DNA of 64,000 nt. Origin: Octopus sinensis. Taxonomy: Eukaryota. Below, one piece after another: positions 39,200-53,766 of this stretch. Position 1 is the first letter of the stretch, and every line of letters begins with the position of its first letter. A program made the translations under genes and the position numbers. The notes under the pieces are model-generated. The model was not told where the DNA came from, did no database searches, and was given only the letters and a program-made list of their open reading frames with translations. Location: the NCBI RefSeq assembly GCF_006345805.1, contig NW_021831989.1:496001-560000 (forward strand), written 5' to 3'.

Positions 39200-40430
39200 G
39201 ATTAATAAGAACCCCGTCGATTTTGAAGCAGCATATAAAAATTAAACAAACCTCCTTTAATACGGACAAATCTGAAGGATTGTGGATTAACACCAGACCT
39301 CCTTTAAATGTCAAGAGTTTAAAAAAGCCCATCTAGAAAAGTGCAGAGAATGGTCAATTGAGGATGTGTGGCAGTCTAATTCAAATATCACTAATTAATA
39401 GAAAAGACACAAAAAATCACTAAAAAGACAGAAAGAGGAGGGCATCTCACTGAATGCTAAATTCCGACATGCAGCCAGGAAGGATAAGGAGGAATACTGG
39501 AAAAAGTGTTGCATTCAAGAATAACTCAGGAAAGGGCAGTTCAGGAATGCTTTTACGCAAGTCAGAAAATCACATGTCCCCTTTACTGCTCGGAAGGGAA
39601 AAATTAACGACAGGGATTGGAAACTCCAAAAATATGATCCAAGACACTGATGTTATATGATCTGTAAATGAATTTACCTTGCAATAAGGCTCCTGCGTCG
39701 GAAAATATTTTAAGCAAGATTCTCAAGACCATTTTTTATATGGAATTACAATCCTATGCAAAGGAATTTGGAAAACTGGAATTTGGACTTCAGAATAGAA
39801 GAAACCAATATCTGTTTTGTTGCCCATAAAGGGTGACAGCACAGTATATTCAAATTAGCATGCAATTGCTCGGATACCTCATGTTAGCAAAATACTCCTG
39901 AATACAATAAAAAACGTTTATCTTCAATTTCAGAAAGATTTAGACGTGGTCGTTGTATGAGGACCATAGCTCCAATCTCCGGTGGATTATGAAAAAATTG
40001 CGTGAATTTCAGAAGTTTCTTTACATGCGTTTCATTGACTTTGATTGCGTTGGCTTTTTTTGATTGCGTGCTTCACGATAGACTATGGTCTGTGCTAAAA
40101 GAATTTTGAGTTCCTCGTCATCTCATATGGATAATTAAATCTCTTTATACAGATCAAAAGGGGGCTGTGCAAACTCCTTATGGAAACAAAGATTGTTTTA
40201 GTATTGGAGGGTTGTTAGACAAGGTTGTATTTTATATTTCCTTCTGTTTAATATTTACACTGAGAAAATAATAGAGAAGCTAAATTGTGAAAATAATATC
40301 TGAGTCAAAATTGGTGGCCTAAACATAAAAATCTTCTTTATGACGACGATACCACATTGCTTTTGGAAACAGAGAATGGCTTTAGGGAGTTAATATTAAA
40401 ATTAAAGGAGAAAATGCCACATTTGGTCTT
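39200..40430 (+). mobile_element. RTE/BovB-like LINE remnant
   Basis: KGD..IARIPHVSKIL, FDCV.HDRLW, VRQGCIL, YDDDT remnants; many disruptions. Confidence 0.65.
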
Positions 40431-40499
40431 TTTCTAAATGTGGAAAAATAAAAATAATGGCGTTTCATTATCTAGAAAAATCAAAAGAGTTATAAATTA

Positions 40500-41275
40500 T
40501 CTAATGTCCTCACGAGACGCTCGGTCAGTCTCGCAAATAACAAAGCCATTTCCGCAAATTACGGCAATCGACAGACATTCCAAGAGCCAGGATGACTCTG
40601 GAATCGTGTCTTATTTTTGATATTCGTCAACCGAGAGAGGAAAGGAAACGGAGTGTCTTGAGACCGAAGATCCCCGAAGATTCCAGAGCAATTGGGGTAG
40701 AAAGAAACGAATTCGAGAGGTAGGGATACGTGAGAATCTTGCGATCCTTGGCCAGCCTCGAATCGTGCCCAGGATCGACAGCGGACAGGGAGAGATATCC
40801 GCGAGAGAACGTGTCTGAACAGGTGAAGTCCCAAATAAAGGATTTCCCCTGCTCGTAAGGAAAGGTGGTCATTCCGTCTGGGTGTTTGCTGTCTTCTCTA
40901 TCCAGCCCAACTGGCTCGAAGATTGACGCGACACCCGTGGAAGCGAGGGCTCTCTGAATGATTGCGTGAGTTCACTGTGACAAGGGTCACGACCGGCACT
41001 CCGACAGCAAGCGAGAGGGTGCAAACCGTGTTCGTCAACAGTTCCCCTACATCGGAATTTGTACGTCTGACAGATCTTCAGCCCGACACGGAGGGAGATT
41101 GACGTTGTCAAACATAAGGATGCTTGGGGAAGCATATGAGAGATGCACGAGAAAATATGCAAAAGGAACCAGTTCTCGGCAGCGGTGATCCCGTCTGGTG
41201 GAATTGAAAGCGTTCGAAACGTGAGTTTAACCATGATAAACTCCTCGGTCGAATCCATTAACTTTTGTAGAAGGG
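40500..41275 (-). mobile_element. CRE-like fragment with several internal deletions
   Basis: EEFIMVKL, CRG..HGLHPLACCRSAGR, FIWDFTCSDTF, PIALESSG; related 3' piece at 61465-61740. Confidence 0.8.
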
Positions 41276-41277
41276 TA

Positions 41278-41790
41278 CGGACACATTCTTCAGCTTCAAG
41301 ACGACCGAAGTCCTCAATCTTTTGTCCGATGTGAAAAGGGACGTGGCGGACTTGGCCGCGTTTACCACGAGTCGGTTGACCGTTAGCCATAGGTTCAGCT
41401 GATCCAAGTTAGCTTGGATCCTTTCAGAGGCCTTCCGGGTGTCCCGATCCCGTGAGGCTAATACAATGTCGTCCGCATATGAAAGGACAATATCATTATT
41501 GTTGACGGAGGGTAGAAGATCTTCCAGGAAAAAGTTAAAAAGGGCCGGGGATAGAGGGGATCCTGGGGAACTCCGTTGGGCAAAAGACGAGATGTTAACT
41601 TCAGGCCTCCGAGGCACACCCTTCCCCGTCGTCCACTTAGGAAGTTGGTGATCCATAGTATGAGTTTCGGAGGAAATTTAGTTTGGAATATATTCCTTCA
41701 AAAGAGCTTCCTCGGGACAGAGTCGAAGGCTTTGTGAATGTCAACGGAGCAAAGTACGGTTTTTTGGTGCCTCGGTTTGCTTGTAAATCC
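41278..41790 (-). mobile_element. Jockey-like LINE RT fragment fused head-to-tail with the CRE fragment
   Basis: VDIHKAFDSV, GSPLSPALFNFF, SYADDIV, N..KS. Confidence 0.75.
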
Positions 41791-41947
41791 GAATTTATTT
41801 AATAATTATCAGATTTTTATACTATTTTTAATTAAAAAAATTTATTATTGGTAAAATATAAACTATTTTGAATTATATTTTATAGAACTGGTTTAAATTT
41901 ATTATAAAGAAAAAAATTGTTCTGATCAACTAATCGAAAGCAAGACG

Positions 41948-42332
41948 ATGGACGAATTAAAGAATATATCGGCAGTAGAGAAAAGACAAAAATTTAAATA
42001 TAAGCAAGCGTTTGATCCCATTCCATTATATTCTGAACTTGGAATTTCTAGTAAAAGTGCTCCTCAAGCAAAACATTGTTCTGAATGTCAGGATACGATT
42101 ATGAAATGTTCTGGTCTGTTTAAATGATTATACATTAAAAATTATAGAATTTTGTAAATTGAGCTTTCGAAATAAGATTAAACTGTTGAATAAAATGAAA
42201 CACGGATTCAAGTTTTCCGTGTGTACAAAAGCAATTCCCGCGAACTGTTCTTATGGCGATACAAACTATAACTCTATTTTATCGATTGAAAATAGAAAAT
42301 ATTTGGAAACATCAAGATTTTACATTAATTAA
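41948..42332 (+). CDS. Orphan two-exon Cys-containing protein of about 116 aa (intron 42114-42147)
   Basis: The ATG-to-TAA frame is joined by a 34-nt GT-AG intron: MDELKNISAVEKRQ..KHCSECQDTIMKCS|EFCKLS..CTKAIPANCSY..RFYIN*. No recognisable homology. Confidence 0.4.
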
Positions 42333-43108
42333 TATATCGCTTTTATTTGAAATAAACATTTCCCACTATCGTAGTTAAAATAACCAATAAGTGCCCTCTT
42401 AAAAATTGAGACAAATTTTTTAATGAAAGTCTTTAACGAAATGAATGAAAATTAAAACAATCGAATGCACAGTAATGTCCAATTCAGAAATCTGAAAAAT
42501 TTTGAAAAAATGTTTTGAAATAAATTAATCCTGGTCTCACAAAGGCATATGTGGCATGTGTTAACGATACAAGAGTGACTTTAAAATACTGGGGATGGAC
42601 ATGTCCAGTGCTTTTGAGACTGTTAACGGAAAAAAATTGCTAGGTGTGATTGAGAGTTTTTTTGATAAAGATAATACAAGGCTGATTAATTTTCTTTTGT
42701 TAATACTGAATTAACTGTATGGGTTGGGAACATAACATCGATGCCTTTCGCGACTACGGTTGGAACACCTCAAGGAGTTTCTTTATATTTGGTTTTATTC
42801 ATCGTATACGTGAAGGGCTCACTGAGAGCTCTCGGAACTAAATGTGGAGGACCAATGCCGATGAAAATTATATATGGAGATAACATAGACTTTGTGTCAG
42901 AAAAGTATTTGGAACTTGAAGTTGTTTTTGAAAAATTCCCAACGAATTTAAAAATTGGTCCCTGCATGTTAATGAAGAAAAGACCGAACACATAAGAATC
43001 ACAAGGGAATTAAAACATATTGATAAAAAATGGAGGAAAAAGGAAACTGGGATCTCTACTTGCTAATAGTGGATACATGTTGTATAAAAAGTCCTAGCCA
43101 GTGCAATA

Positions 43109-44625
43109 CAGTACCGCTCAAATGTTTCGGACCACCCTATTTTTCTCAATTTCCAAGTCAATCCTAAATTATTTTTATACGGTTCTTTAGAGAAACTTAT
43201 TAGATAAGCTTAAATACATTTATTCTATTCTAAAATTTTCTTTAAATATTTTTGTTTGGCGCCAATTGAATATAATTGATTTTTGACTCGATCATATGTT
43301 CCGGACCAGTTGCAATCATATGTTTCGAACCAGTTAAATCTCTTTAAATTTAAATAATTTTTGATTCAATTAAAAACAAAAGACTAATAAATAACAAATG
43401 CCGCGTTTTTCACTGGTTGATCGGGTCGCTATCATCACTTTTTTTAAAGATGGAGCTTCACAAAGAGAAATTGCCGAAAAATTAAAAATATCCAAAACTG
43501 CTGTTCAAAGAACAATTTCCAGATATTCATCCGTTGGACTATATTCCGACAGACCCAAATCTGGTCGACCGAGATTGTTATCCCCAAGATCTGAACGCAA
43601 ATTAGTGAGAATTTCGAAAGCAGACCCCACAAAAACGGCAAATCAAATTAAATTTGATATGAAATTAAATTCTATTGTAAGCACAAATACAATTAAAAGA
43701 TGCCTACAAAGAAATAATTTGAATGGGCGAAAGCAATGCCCAAAACCAAGTCTTTCCATATGCCATAAAAAGGCTAGAAAAAATTGGTGCATTGAGAAAT
43801 TAACTTGGAGCCAAAATGATTGGGGTAAAATTATTTTTAGTGATGAATGCAAAATAAATTTGCATTCAAACACAAAAAATTATGTTAGAAGGCCACCAAA
43901 CTCTAGATTTGACTCAAAATATTGTTTAAAAACACGAAAATTTTCTCCTAGCATTATGGTCTGGGGAGCTATTGCTGCAAATGGATGGAGAAACATTGTC
44001 TTATGCATTAAAAATGTTGATTCCGCAGAGTATCAGAGAATTATAAATGTTGGACTCGAAAATTTTTATGATGAGACCATGTATCTCCAGCAAGACGGCG
44101 CTCCTTCCCATCGGTCCATGTCGACAATGAATTTTTTTCAAAGGAAACAAATAAAAATCTTAGAAACTTGGCCGAGCCAGTCACCCGAACTGAATATTAT
44201 TGAAAATATGTGGTCGGTACTAAAACAAAAACTTTATGATCTGGAACCAAAAGATCTTCCAGAGCTCTGGAATTTGACCAAAAAAATTTGGTACGAGATT
44301 GATAATTCGTACATTGAAAAATTATACAATTCACTTCCAGAGCGAATAAATGCTGTTATAACGAACAACGGAGGAAATATTAATTATTAACTTTTTATAA
44401 GTTTAATAAATTTTCGGTTTTTTTTAAACTGGTCCGGAACATATGATCGAGTATAAAATCGATAATTTTAAAATTGCGCCAAACATGAATATCTGTCCAA
44501 GTTTTTAAAATAGAATAAATGTGTTTAAGCTTATCTAATAAGTTTCTCTAAAGAACCGTATAAAATAATTTAGGATTGACTTGGAAATGAGAAAATAGGG
44601 TGGTCCGAAACATTGAGCGGTACTG
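43109..44625 (+). mobile_element. Full-length Tc1-family transposon with IR/DR-type TIRs of about 200 bp
   Basis: TA TSD; TIR CAGTACCGCTCAA(A)TGTTTCGGACCACCC; internal repeats of TATGTT(C/T)CG(G/A)ACCAGTT. Confidence 0.95.
43398..44390 (+). CDS. Intact Tc1-like transposase, DD35E spacing, 330 aa
   Basis: Paired-like HTH, SGRPR, IIFSDE, MVWG, QQDGAPSH...WPSQSPELNIIE (35 residues between D and E). Confidence 0.93.
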   Translation: MPRFSLVDRVAIITFFKDGASQREIAEKLKISKTAVQRTISRYSSVGLYSDRPKSGRPRLLSPRSERKLVRISKADPTKTANQIKFDMKLNSIVSTNTIKRCLQRNNLNGRKQCPKPSLSICHKKARKNWCIEKLTWSQNDWGKIIFSDECKINLHSNTKNYVRRPPNSRFDSKYCLKTRKFSPSIMVWGAIAANGWRNIVLCIKNVDSAEYQRIINVGLENFYDETMYLQQDGAPSHRSMSTMNFFQRKQIKILETWPSQSPELNIIENMWSVLKQKLYDLEPKDLPELWNLTKKIWYEIDNSYIEKLYNSLPERINAVITNNGGNINY

Positions 44626-45302
44626 TATATAAGAAAATGCAAAAAATATGGAGTCGACCAAAGCTAATCAAAAAAAGCTACGAATAGCTCGCATATAAAA
44701 CCGATACTTATTTAAAACTCGTGTACATGGGAAGTCATAGAGTTGAAACTCAAGAAAATGGACACATTTCATTGAAAGCTATTACGAAATTTACTCGGCC
44801 TAGATTGGCCGAAAAAGATTTCCAACAAGAAATTGTACTCTATGAAAAAATTGTTTCCAATAAGCACTGAAATTATCAAATCAAGATGAAGGCTATTTGG
44901 GCATGTACTTAGAGTAGACATAAACACTCCCGCAAACATTAAAATGAACAATTACTTTGACAATGAAGACAATACATCGTTCAAAGGAAAACCTAGAGTC
45001 ACTCTCGCTGTTGTTTTAGAAAAAACTCACATATGCGGACAATCTAGAAGAACTACAAGCATACGCGAAAAACAGATACTGATAAATATAGAATCTTGAA
45101 GCGTGTGGCACAAACGGGACCTTAGTTAATTTATATTTTTTGGTTCTGTGAACGTGCTTTTAACAATAATACCCAAAGATATGCGTTCATCTAATTTAGA
45201 TATCCAAAAGAATGCTTATCCAGCAACATTTATGGAAAACCATAAAAGACAATAAACAGAACGAAGCAACAATTAAAAGACGAATAAACACAAAACTAAA
45301 AG

Positions 45303-46679
45303 TCACCAACCCGAAGCGACACGTCTCATACGCCTTGTTTTGCTTAGCTGTATAAAAACCTGGTCGAACGATCCAAATCGCGTAATTTTTTGTCAATCTC
45401 AGCATCACTCAAAATTTCGATGGTGGGTCCCCACTTCTCAGCTTCAGGTAGTGACCGATAAAGCTGATTGTCGACCGGCGGCAATGTCGAATCCCCACTA
45501 TGAAGTAAATACAATTTGATACTATAAGGCGAATTTACGATGATGCTCCAGTTGACCGCGAATGGAATATGAAATGACTGATTGGAACTCCCCTCCAATA
45601 CCTTTCGGAACAATAAGCAAGCAAACCCAAGTCCGCACAGAGAATGCGAGCAAAGGCCTCTGGATCATTATTAGGGTCCGATAAGTCCCACTCAAATTGA
45701 TCTACCAGAGAAATGTTGTTGAGTTGAATATTGAGCTGTGGATGATAGACCACCAAACCTTGATTGGAACTCTGTGTTCCATCGAACTGAAATGGGAGGT
45801 CTGGTGATCAGCCAGTTGCTGTTCAATGCACTTTACAATGGCCGGCACGAAAACCGAATTGATCAATCCGATTTCGTCACAAAGTATTTCTGCAAACATC
45901 TTTGGAGTTACAAGTTTCTCTAAAGTATTCCAATCACCAAATACCGTTTTTATTCCACAGAAAAACATCTCGAAGTTTTTGGCCTTCCAGTTCCAAGTCA
46001 ATTCTAATGGCCACCAAGTCCTCACTTTGGGCGGAATTTGCGAAAAAGGCGTCTGAATCCATATCGTCAATGCTAGGACAGTCACAGTGGGAGGCAACCA
46101 TAAAGCAAAGCTGCGACCTTTATTTCTGCCAACTGCCCTGTTGGGGTTGACAATCGTACACGTCGGCACTGGTGCCAAGTGCTGATTCGTCGACAAAGCC
46201 ACTCCTGCCGCGGACAAATGACCCGAATTTATGCCAGCCACGGTGGAACGCCGAGGTTTAAATGTGCACAGACTTAAACTGATATGTGAAATGAACTTTG
46301 AAGCCAATTCCTCGACGTGTTGTTCGTTTTGAGCAGAAAGGAGTTTGAGGGCCTCCTCGGTGCCACTCAGAACAGCCTCAATCTCACTGGCCCTGACCAG
46401 CGTTATGTTGGAGCAAGCAGTTGTGTTTATAATTTCTAGTTTGTCATATCGCGGGCATACGTCGAGAATAAACGTTTTGTTTTTCTTCTGGTGTCAAAAA
46501 CCGACGCCACAAAAATGGGTATTTTTTGTACAAGGCTCCTCTCTGTAGTTTTAGGAAATGGCCGACCTATTTTTGAAATAAGTAGATTTTTAAACTTCGG
46601 ATCCGATGCAGTACCATTCTCCATTTTCTTCCAGCTGGAATTGGACTGGTCGTGAGGGATGTCGCCTCTCTTGTGCCAT
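45303..46679 (-). CDS. SMARCB1: SWI/SNF subunit SNF5/INI1
   Basis: PVQFQLEENGEWYCIGSE|VG, RGALYKKYP.LWRR, IRIDLELEGQKLRDVFLWNKN, FAEILCD, LVDQFEWDLS, PEAFA..LCADLG.GGEF, KKLRDLDRSTR|RMRR. Confidence 0.95.
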
Positions 46680-46750
46680 CACAGCAGATTTGTCTGATTA
46701 ACTAATTTATTAATTAAAATCTATTCATTAACTATATATTTTAAATAGAA

Positions 46751-47310
46751 ATGGGTTAGCGTACAAAAATCACTCTACGAACGGCTGCCGAAGCAGTCCT
46801 GACTGGTGGGTCACCAAATTAATTCAATCACACCCGTCTCCGGTGTGCAGGCGTCTTCACAGAGGAGAATTTTCAAGAAGTCGATTACACAGTCGTCATA
46901 AGTAGAATGCTCATTTATTCCTCAAATGGAACACGAGAAACGGAAAAAATAAAGTAGCGTGATCGCCACACGCTTCAAAGGGGTCCTCATCTTTTCCCGA
47001 TTTTCCTCACATGAGCCTGCGGAAGTGCATATTGGACATGTAGCCCTGGTCCCCACAATTCCATTATATTTTCGTCTATATAAAAAATTTAATGTTCGTA
47101 GGAGCTGAGGACTTTACTCTAGTCCGTGAGTGTAAAAGCCCTTTTTGGTCGTCGCGACCTTCATTTTGTTGGTCCAGGAAATTGATTTGCACCATACCCT
47201 ACATAAGCAACAAGGCACTATGTATTGGTTGTATGAACACTCTAGTACGGGTTTTTTTCCAAACTTCCAAAGCCTGGAACCCCGTTTGGGAGGAAGACGA
47301 TATTAATTAA
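46751..47310 (+). CDS. Hypothetical multi-exon gene (3' exons resolvable, 5' exons ambiguous)
   Basis: GC-richer exon-like blocks joined by 24-30-nt GT-AG introns give ...VALVPTIPLYF|RAEDFTLVRECKSPF|WKLICTIPYISNKAL|LRVFFQTSKAWNPVWEEDDIN*. Family not recognised. Confidence 0.45.
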
Positions 47311-47315
47311 ACAAA

Positions 47316-47728
47316 TCAAGTTATGTATTTAATACCATAGTAAAAGACCAGAATTAGTACAATGAGACCGATGACAGTGTAACAAAACTGTCCACAGCTG
47401 TTTCGAGGAGTAATAAACACCGAGTTCTTAAGACGAGTACCCACGCTGTTAAGAATGGATCCTGTGGATTCCATCCCTCCACCCTGATGACAATAAGCAC
47501 ACTACGCTCACAAATTTGTTAATAAAATTATTTGATTCCCGAGTCTCCAAATCGAGTTCCAGTACTGACTGCAAACATATATGCAACTTATTATCAAATA
47601 CTGCTTTTAAATCGGAGATACTACGCCCAACGTCATTGATCAAGTTTTTGTTTTCAGTTGCAGCACTGAAATCTACACAAATCAAAAATATCGGAAACTA
47701 AATGTATAAATGCACCACCTCGTGACAT
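47316..47728 (-). CDS. BET1L: BET1-like Golgi Qc-SNARE (GS15), about 100 aa, three introns
   Basis: Spliced product MSR|DFSAATENKNLINDVGRSISDLKA|SVLELDLETRESNNFINKF|GGGMESTGSIL..RLK..CYTVIGLIVLILVFYY: SNARE heptads plus a C-terminal TM helix. Confidence 0.75.
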
Positions 47729-47925
47729 TATATACTATTTCAAATTATTAACTATTCAAACAAGTTAATTATAAAGAATAGTCCCAAGTCAGGTTCATTC
47801 CATCTAATCCCTCTACCGACCTTTCAAGAGTACAGGAAAGACGCCTCGGGGAAATCCGTGTAAAACTACCCAATAGTCAATAAAGTTAGTGTCTATTCCC
47901 CTGATTGTGAAAACAAAGCAATAAA

Positions 47926-49399
47926 TCATCCGGGAGAATTAAAATAGAACCGTTTTTTCATGGTAGTCATAAAAGTGGGAGTCTGAGAGACACCATCAGT
48001 GGTGACCTGGTCCCCAATAAGGTGATTGACTCGCGTGAATAAAGTCAGCAAATCATCTCGCCAGGAATATTTCATTAGCACATACACTATGCCGTTGACG
48101 AACCAACTGCCCCTTTCCACATCCCGCACAGATACATAACCTATATTTGTGTTAACAGTGATAGACCAGGAATGGACGCAATGGCTATAAACATGTCTGC
48201 CTTCGCACCCGTTTTGATTCTATCTGATGCAGACACCATGGAAGCCTTCCGCCCCGAAGCAGAGGTTAGTCTCGAATTGGAGAATAGGTCACCTTCCTTC
48301 AGTTCTATAACTCCCTCCAGTATTCTACAACCTCCTTGGCATCCCTGAATCACAAATATTTTGGGCTTGTTGGCGAGTGCTCCGCAATGTTCTTTATCAA
48401 AAATGTCGGTGATGAAGTCGATGGGGAGATCAGACCCATCAACCCCGCATATAGTCCCATTCTTCCCGTGTGACAGTGCAACCAGGAGCAGAGAATCAAT
48501 GCCTCCCAGCAAATCAACATCCTCGCTATATTTGGTGAGGAGTGATTCCATTTCCTATTCCATAATGAGAAAACATACTTGTGTGGTTAGGTTAGTGTGT
48601 TGATTAACGAGGAAGCCTAAGGAAGAGAAGAGTTCCTTGCAAAGTCGACTGTCCCGCTCCGACCCATCCCTGCGAGGGAGGGAATCAAAATCAATGTTTT
48701 CTATAATAAGACACAGCCCACAAGGATGCGAGTTGATGACATACACATCTTTCGACTAATCATGTCTCATTAAAAACACCCAAATAATGTCGTTAGATGA
48801 ATCAGCAGTGGTGATCTCGACAGTAGGACGACTTTCATTCAAAAAATCTTAAAAATGAAGGACAGTCTACTTTCAAATCCCAAACGGATGTTTTCATCCT
48901 CACTAATCAACCCATTTCCGCGAACAATCGACGAACGAGTGGAACCGGGGGTCATTTCTGAGTATGATTTAATCCGCCTTTCCACGTATACATTTTGAAT
49001 GAATTCAGTGGTAAAGGTATCCTCAGGAGGGAGGCTACTATCCTGCCACCCTTAAAACATAGGACATCTCAAAGTATGGCCGATATATGATTTATGACTA
49101 ACCAAGTGTCGTGGCAATGTTTTTTTGGTTGGTAGCAACGAGTGCTTGAATGAACACTTGGAAGGATTCTGGTCTTTTCTGAATCAAGTCAAGAAATGTG
49201 ATGGCAATTTCCCTTCTATTTTTACAGCTCTGCATTAGAATCGTGATTGATGTATTAATGCAACCAGGATTTCTTCAGTCATATTTCTTGAGAAAATATT
49301 TTGGGCGTCGAAATATGAAATGAAGAATCTATCCACATTTAGATCATTGCATAGAAGAACATAATTCTCTCTAATCAAATCCTTGTGGGCCTTATCCAT
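47926..49399 (-). CDS. CARD-containing initiator caspase (caspase-2/9-like)
   Basis: N-terminal CARD-like MDKAHKDLIRENYVLLCNDL..; p20 GLCLIIEN, RDGSERD, LSHG, KPKIFVIQGCQG; p10 ADMFIA, GYVSVRD..GSWF, QTP...KRFYF. Confidence 0.88.
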
Positions 49400-49997
49400 C
49401 ACCAACAACAAAGTATATTTTTATTTTATAAATTTGTAGATAAACACTAAAAATTGAAATAATAATTGTACATTTTGAGACAGATCCACAGTCATGATAT
49501 ATTCTATTTGAGTATTTTCATCAGTCTTTTCATTAAAAGGACCGAGTTGTCAAACTCTCAAAATTCGTGAGATACAATAAATAAAATGCCTGAATGAGTC
49601 ACAAAAAAAGCACTGTAGGAAGGACACCTCATGTTTATTGGTGATTTTTATTGTGTCTCCCGCATGGACATTCAATGTAATGGCTTACTTTTCTTGGAAG
49701 GAGTCAGCAATGGAATTTTGGCCTGGGAATGCTAATGAGAAGAAAATGTTGCTAACATGAAATTGCTCAATGAGTCGGGTTCACCAATTCCATTCTAACA
49801 GTTCGCGTAGAAATCACGGAGGAATCAACATTCTCAATGTGAAATATGAGTTGATAAAAACATTTGAATTTTTTTTTGAATAAGAGAAATCGTCAAAAAA
49901 ATCTAGCTATTATGTACTGGCTCGCAGGATTGAAAGACAAATGATAATGACATTTGAATTATCAATTAAAATGAAAATTAATTAATTTATGATAATG

Positions 49998-51769
<1,772 letters not shown>

Positions 51770-52213
51770 TATTCACCTGGAATATTAGAAAACTCAAATA
51801 TCAGTGTAAATATATATTTATAAGACAGCGGGTTACGAACTTTTTCCGTATAATATTTATAGGATTAGAATTAATCCAAATCATTTATTTTAGAGAGAAT
51901 AGTGTCATTAAAAGTTTTGAGTTTTTTATGTATATCTAATTTATATTTTTTATAAGATTCTTGATTTCCAATTGCTAAAACTAATTTATTGTGTTAATAA
52001 AATTAAATTCAGTCCTGAGGAATTGCATCGACTAACCCCAATGTCCGCTCTTTGAAAAACTAAATAATTTTGCACTAACGAGGTCTAAAAATATAGAAGG
52101 AACACATTATTCAAGTGGAAAATATTATATTATTGTCCAAAAAATAATGATCGGCACGGGATGACAACTTATCGCACATTGGGAGTATTGTCCCCAGTTT
52201 AATTAATATGGAA

Positions 52214-53766
52214 GGTCATATGTTTTAGACATTCTGAAAAAATCCCAGTGTTTGATTTTTCTAAAGAAAAATCTTATTAAAAAAATGCTTTTCATTAAGC
52301 ATTATCCATTTTTTTTAGTTATTTATTTTTTCCCAATCTCATCGTCACTGTATTTTCGACATCTTGATCTTTTTATAGATTTGTCGAAACTGGCCCAGTC
52401 ATATGTTTTAGACATTTACGATGCACATCCATAATCTGGAATTTTTAAAAGTTTAAAACGAGTTTTTATTAATTAAAACACAAGTTAGTATTTAGTTACA
52501 TCTCCTTTTTTCGATATTACATCATGTATTCTATTTGGGATCGACAAATACAAGTTTTGAATATAATCATCTCCATCTTGTTCCATTCATCTTTTGCCAT
52601 CTCCCATAGTTGCTTAACGTTCTGAGGGTTTCTATTTCTGATTTTGCTCTTTAAATAATGCCAGCAATTTTCTATTATGTTAAGATCTGGCGATTGTGCA
52701 GGCCAATTGTTTAAAATATTTCACCTTTTTCAAGCAAATAATTTTTTGTAGACCGTGAAGTATGACATGATGCACCATCTTGTTGGAAAATAAAGTTATC
52801 ATCATATATCTCAGAAAGCCCTTGTTCCAAGATTCGTTGATATTCTACGGAATCTACATTTCCTTCGCACAATATCAAGGCACTTTTTCCATCGTGTCTG
52901 ATACCGCCCCAAACCATGATTGAAGGTGCGAATTTCTGAGTTTTCGTTGTGTAGTTCGAATTGAATCTATTTCCAGGAGGTCTCCTTACGAATTCTCGTG
53001 CTTTCGAAATTAATTCGATGCGGCACTCGTCAGTAAAAATGACCTTATTCCAATCGAATGAAATGTTTCTAGTGCAGAATATTTTTCTCTTCTTGATATT
53101 ATTAGTTGAAAGTCTAGGTTTTTTGGCTGCTATTCTTACGAAAAGTTCATTTTTGCGTAAGATTCTTCGTACAGTTTCGACACTGACGGTTTCCGTAATA
53201 TTTAGGTTTTTCTGATTTCATTCGCTGTTTTTTTGGGAAAACGTCGAGACTCACGTACAAGATTCCTTTGAGCACGTGCCGAAAGAATACAATTTCTTCC
53301 AGATTTTGGTCTGTCGTAAAACCCATTTCCATCCAAATACCGTTGGTAAGTGTGATTTACGGCGCATCTGGATATTCCAAGTAAAATCGATATTTCCTGT
53401 ACGGTATGACCATTTTCTCGCATAAAAACAATTCTATGACGCTGTTCAACAGAAAGTCGTGGCATACTGCTTTCAAATTAATTTAAAACACGTTTCCGAT
53501 ACGAAAAATAGAAAAAAAGTATAAATTTTATTGAAATATAATGAATTTAAATAAAATGTCTAAAACATATGACTGGGCCAATTTCGACAAAATCCTTAAA
53601 CATATGAAGAAGTCGAAGATAAAAGCGAAGATAAGATATGAAAATGATAAATATATAAATAATATAGATAATACTTACTAAAAAACTTTTATTTTATTGG
53701 ATTTTCTTTAGAAAAATCAAAACACTGGGATTTTTTCAGAATGTCTAAAACATATGACCGGTACTG
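52214..53766 (-). mobile_element. Tc1-family transposon (DD35E-like), frameshifted, flanked by a 41/42-bp direct repeat
   Basis: TIR GGTCATATGTTTTAGACATTCTGAAAAAATCCCAGTG at both ends; the left copy lacks the terminal CAGTACC. Motifs KSGR, MVWG, QQDGASCH, WPAQSPDLNIIEN. Confidence 0.9.

Larger units (their letters stand above)
42530..45170 (+). mobile_element. RTE LINE remnant split by the Tc1 insertion
   Basis: DMSSAFETV, GTPQG, YGDNIDF, KLGSLL before 43108; LDWPKKISNKKLY, LFGHVLR, KGKPR after 44626. Confidence 0.82.

Noticed and set aside
47010-47016. Possible in-frame TGA (selenocysteine) in the hypothetical gene
   Set aside because: Another reading frame joins the exons without a stop, and no SECIS element was identified.
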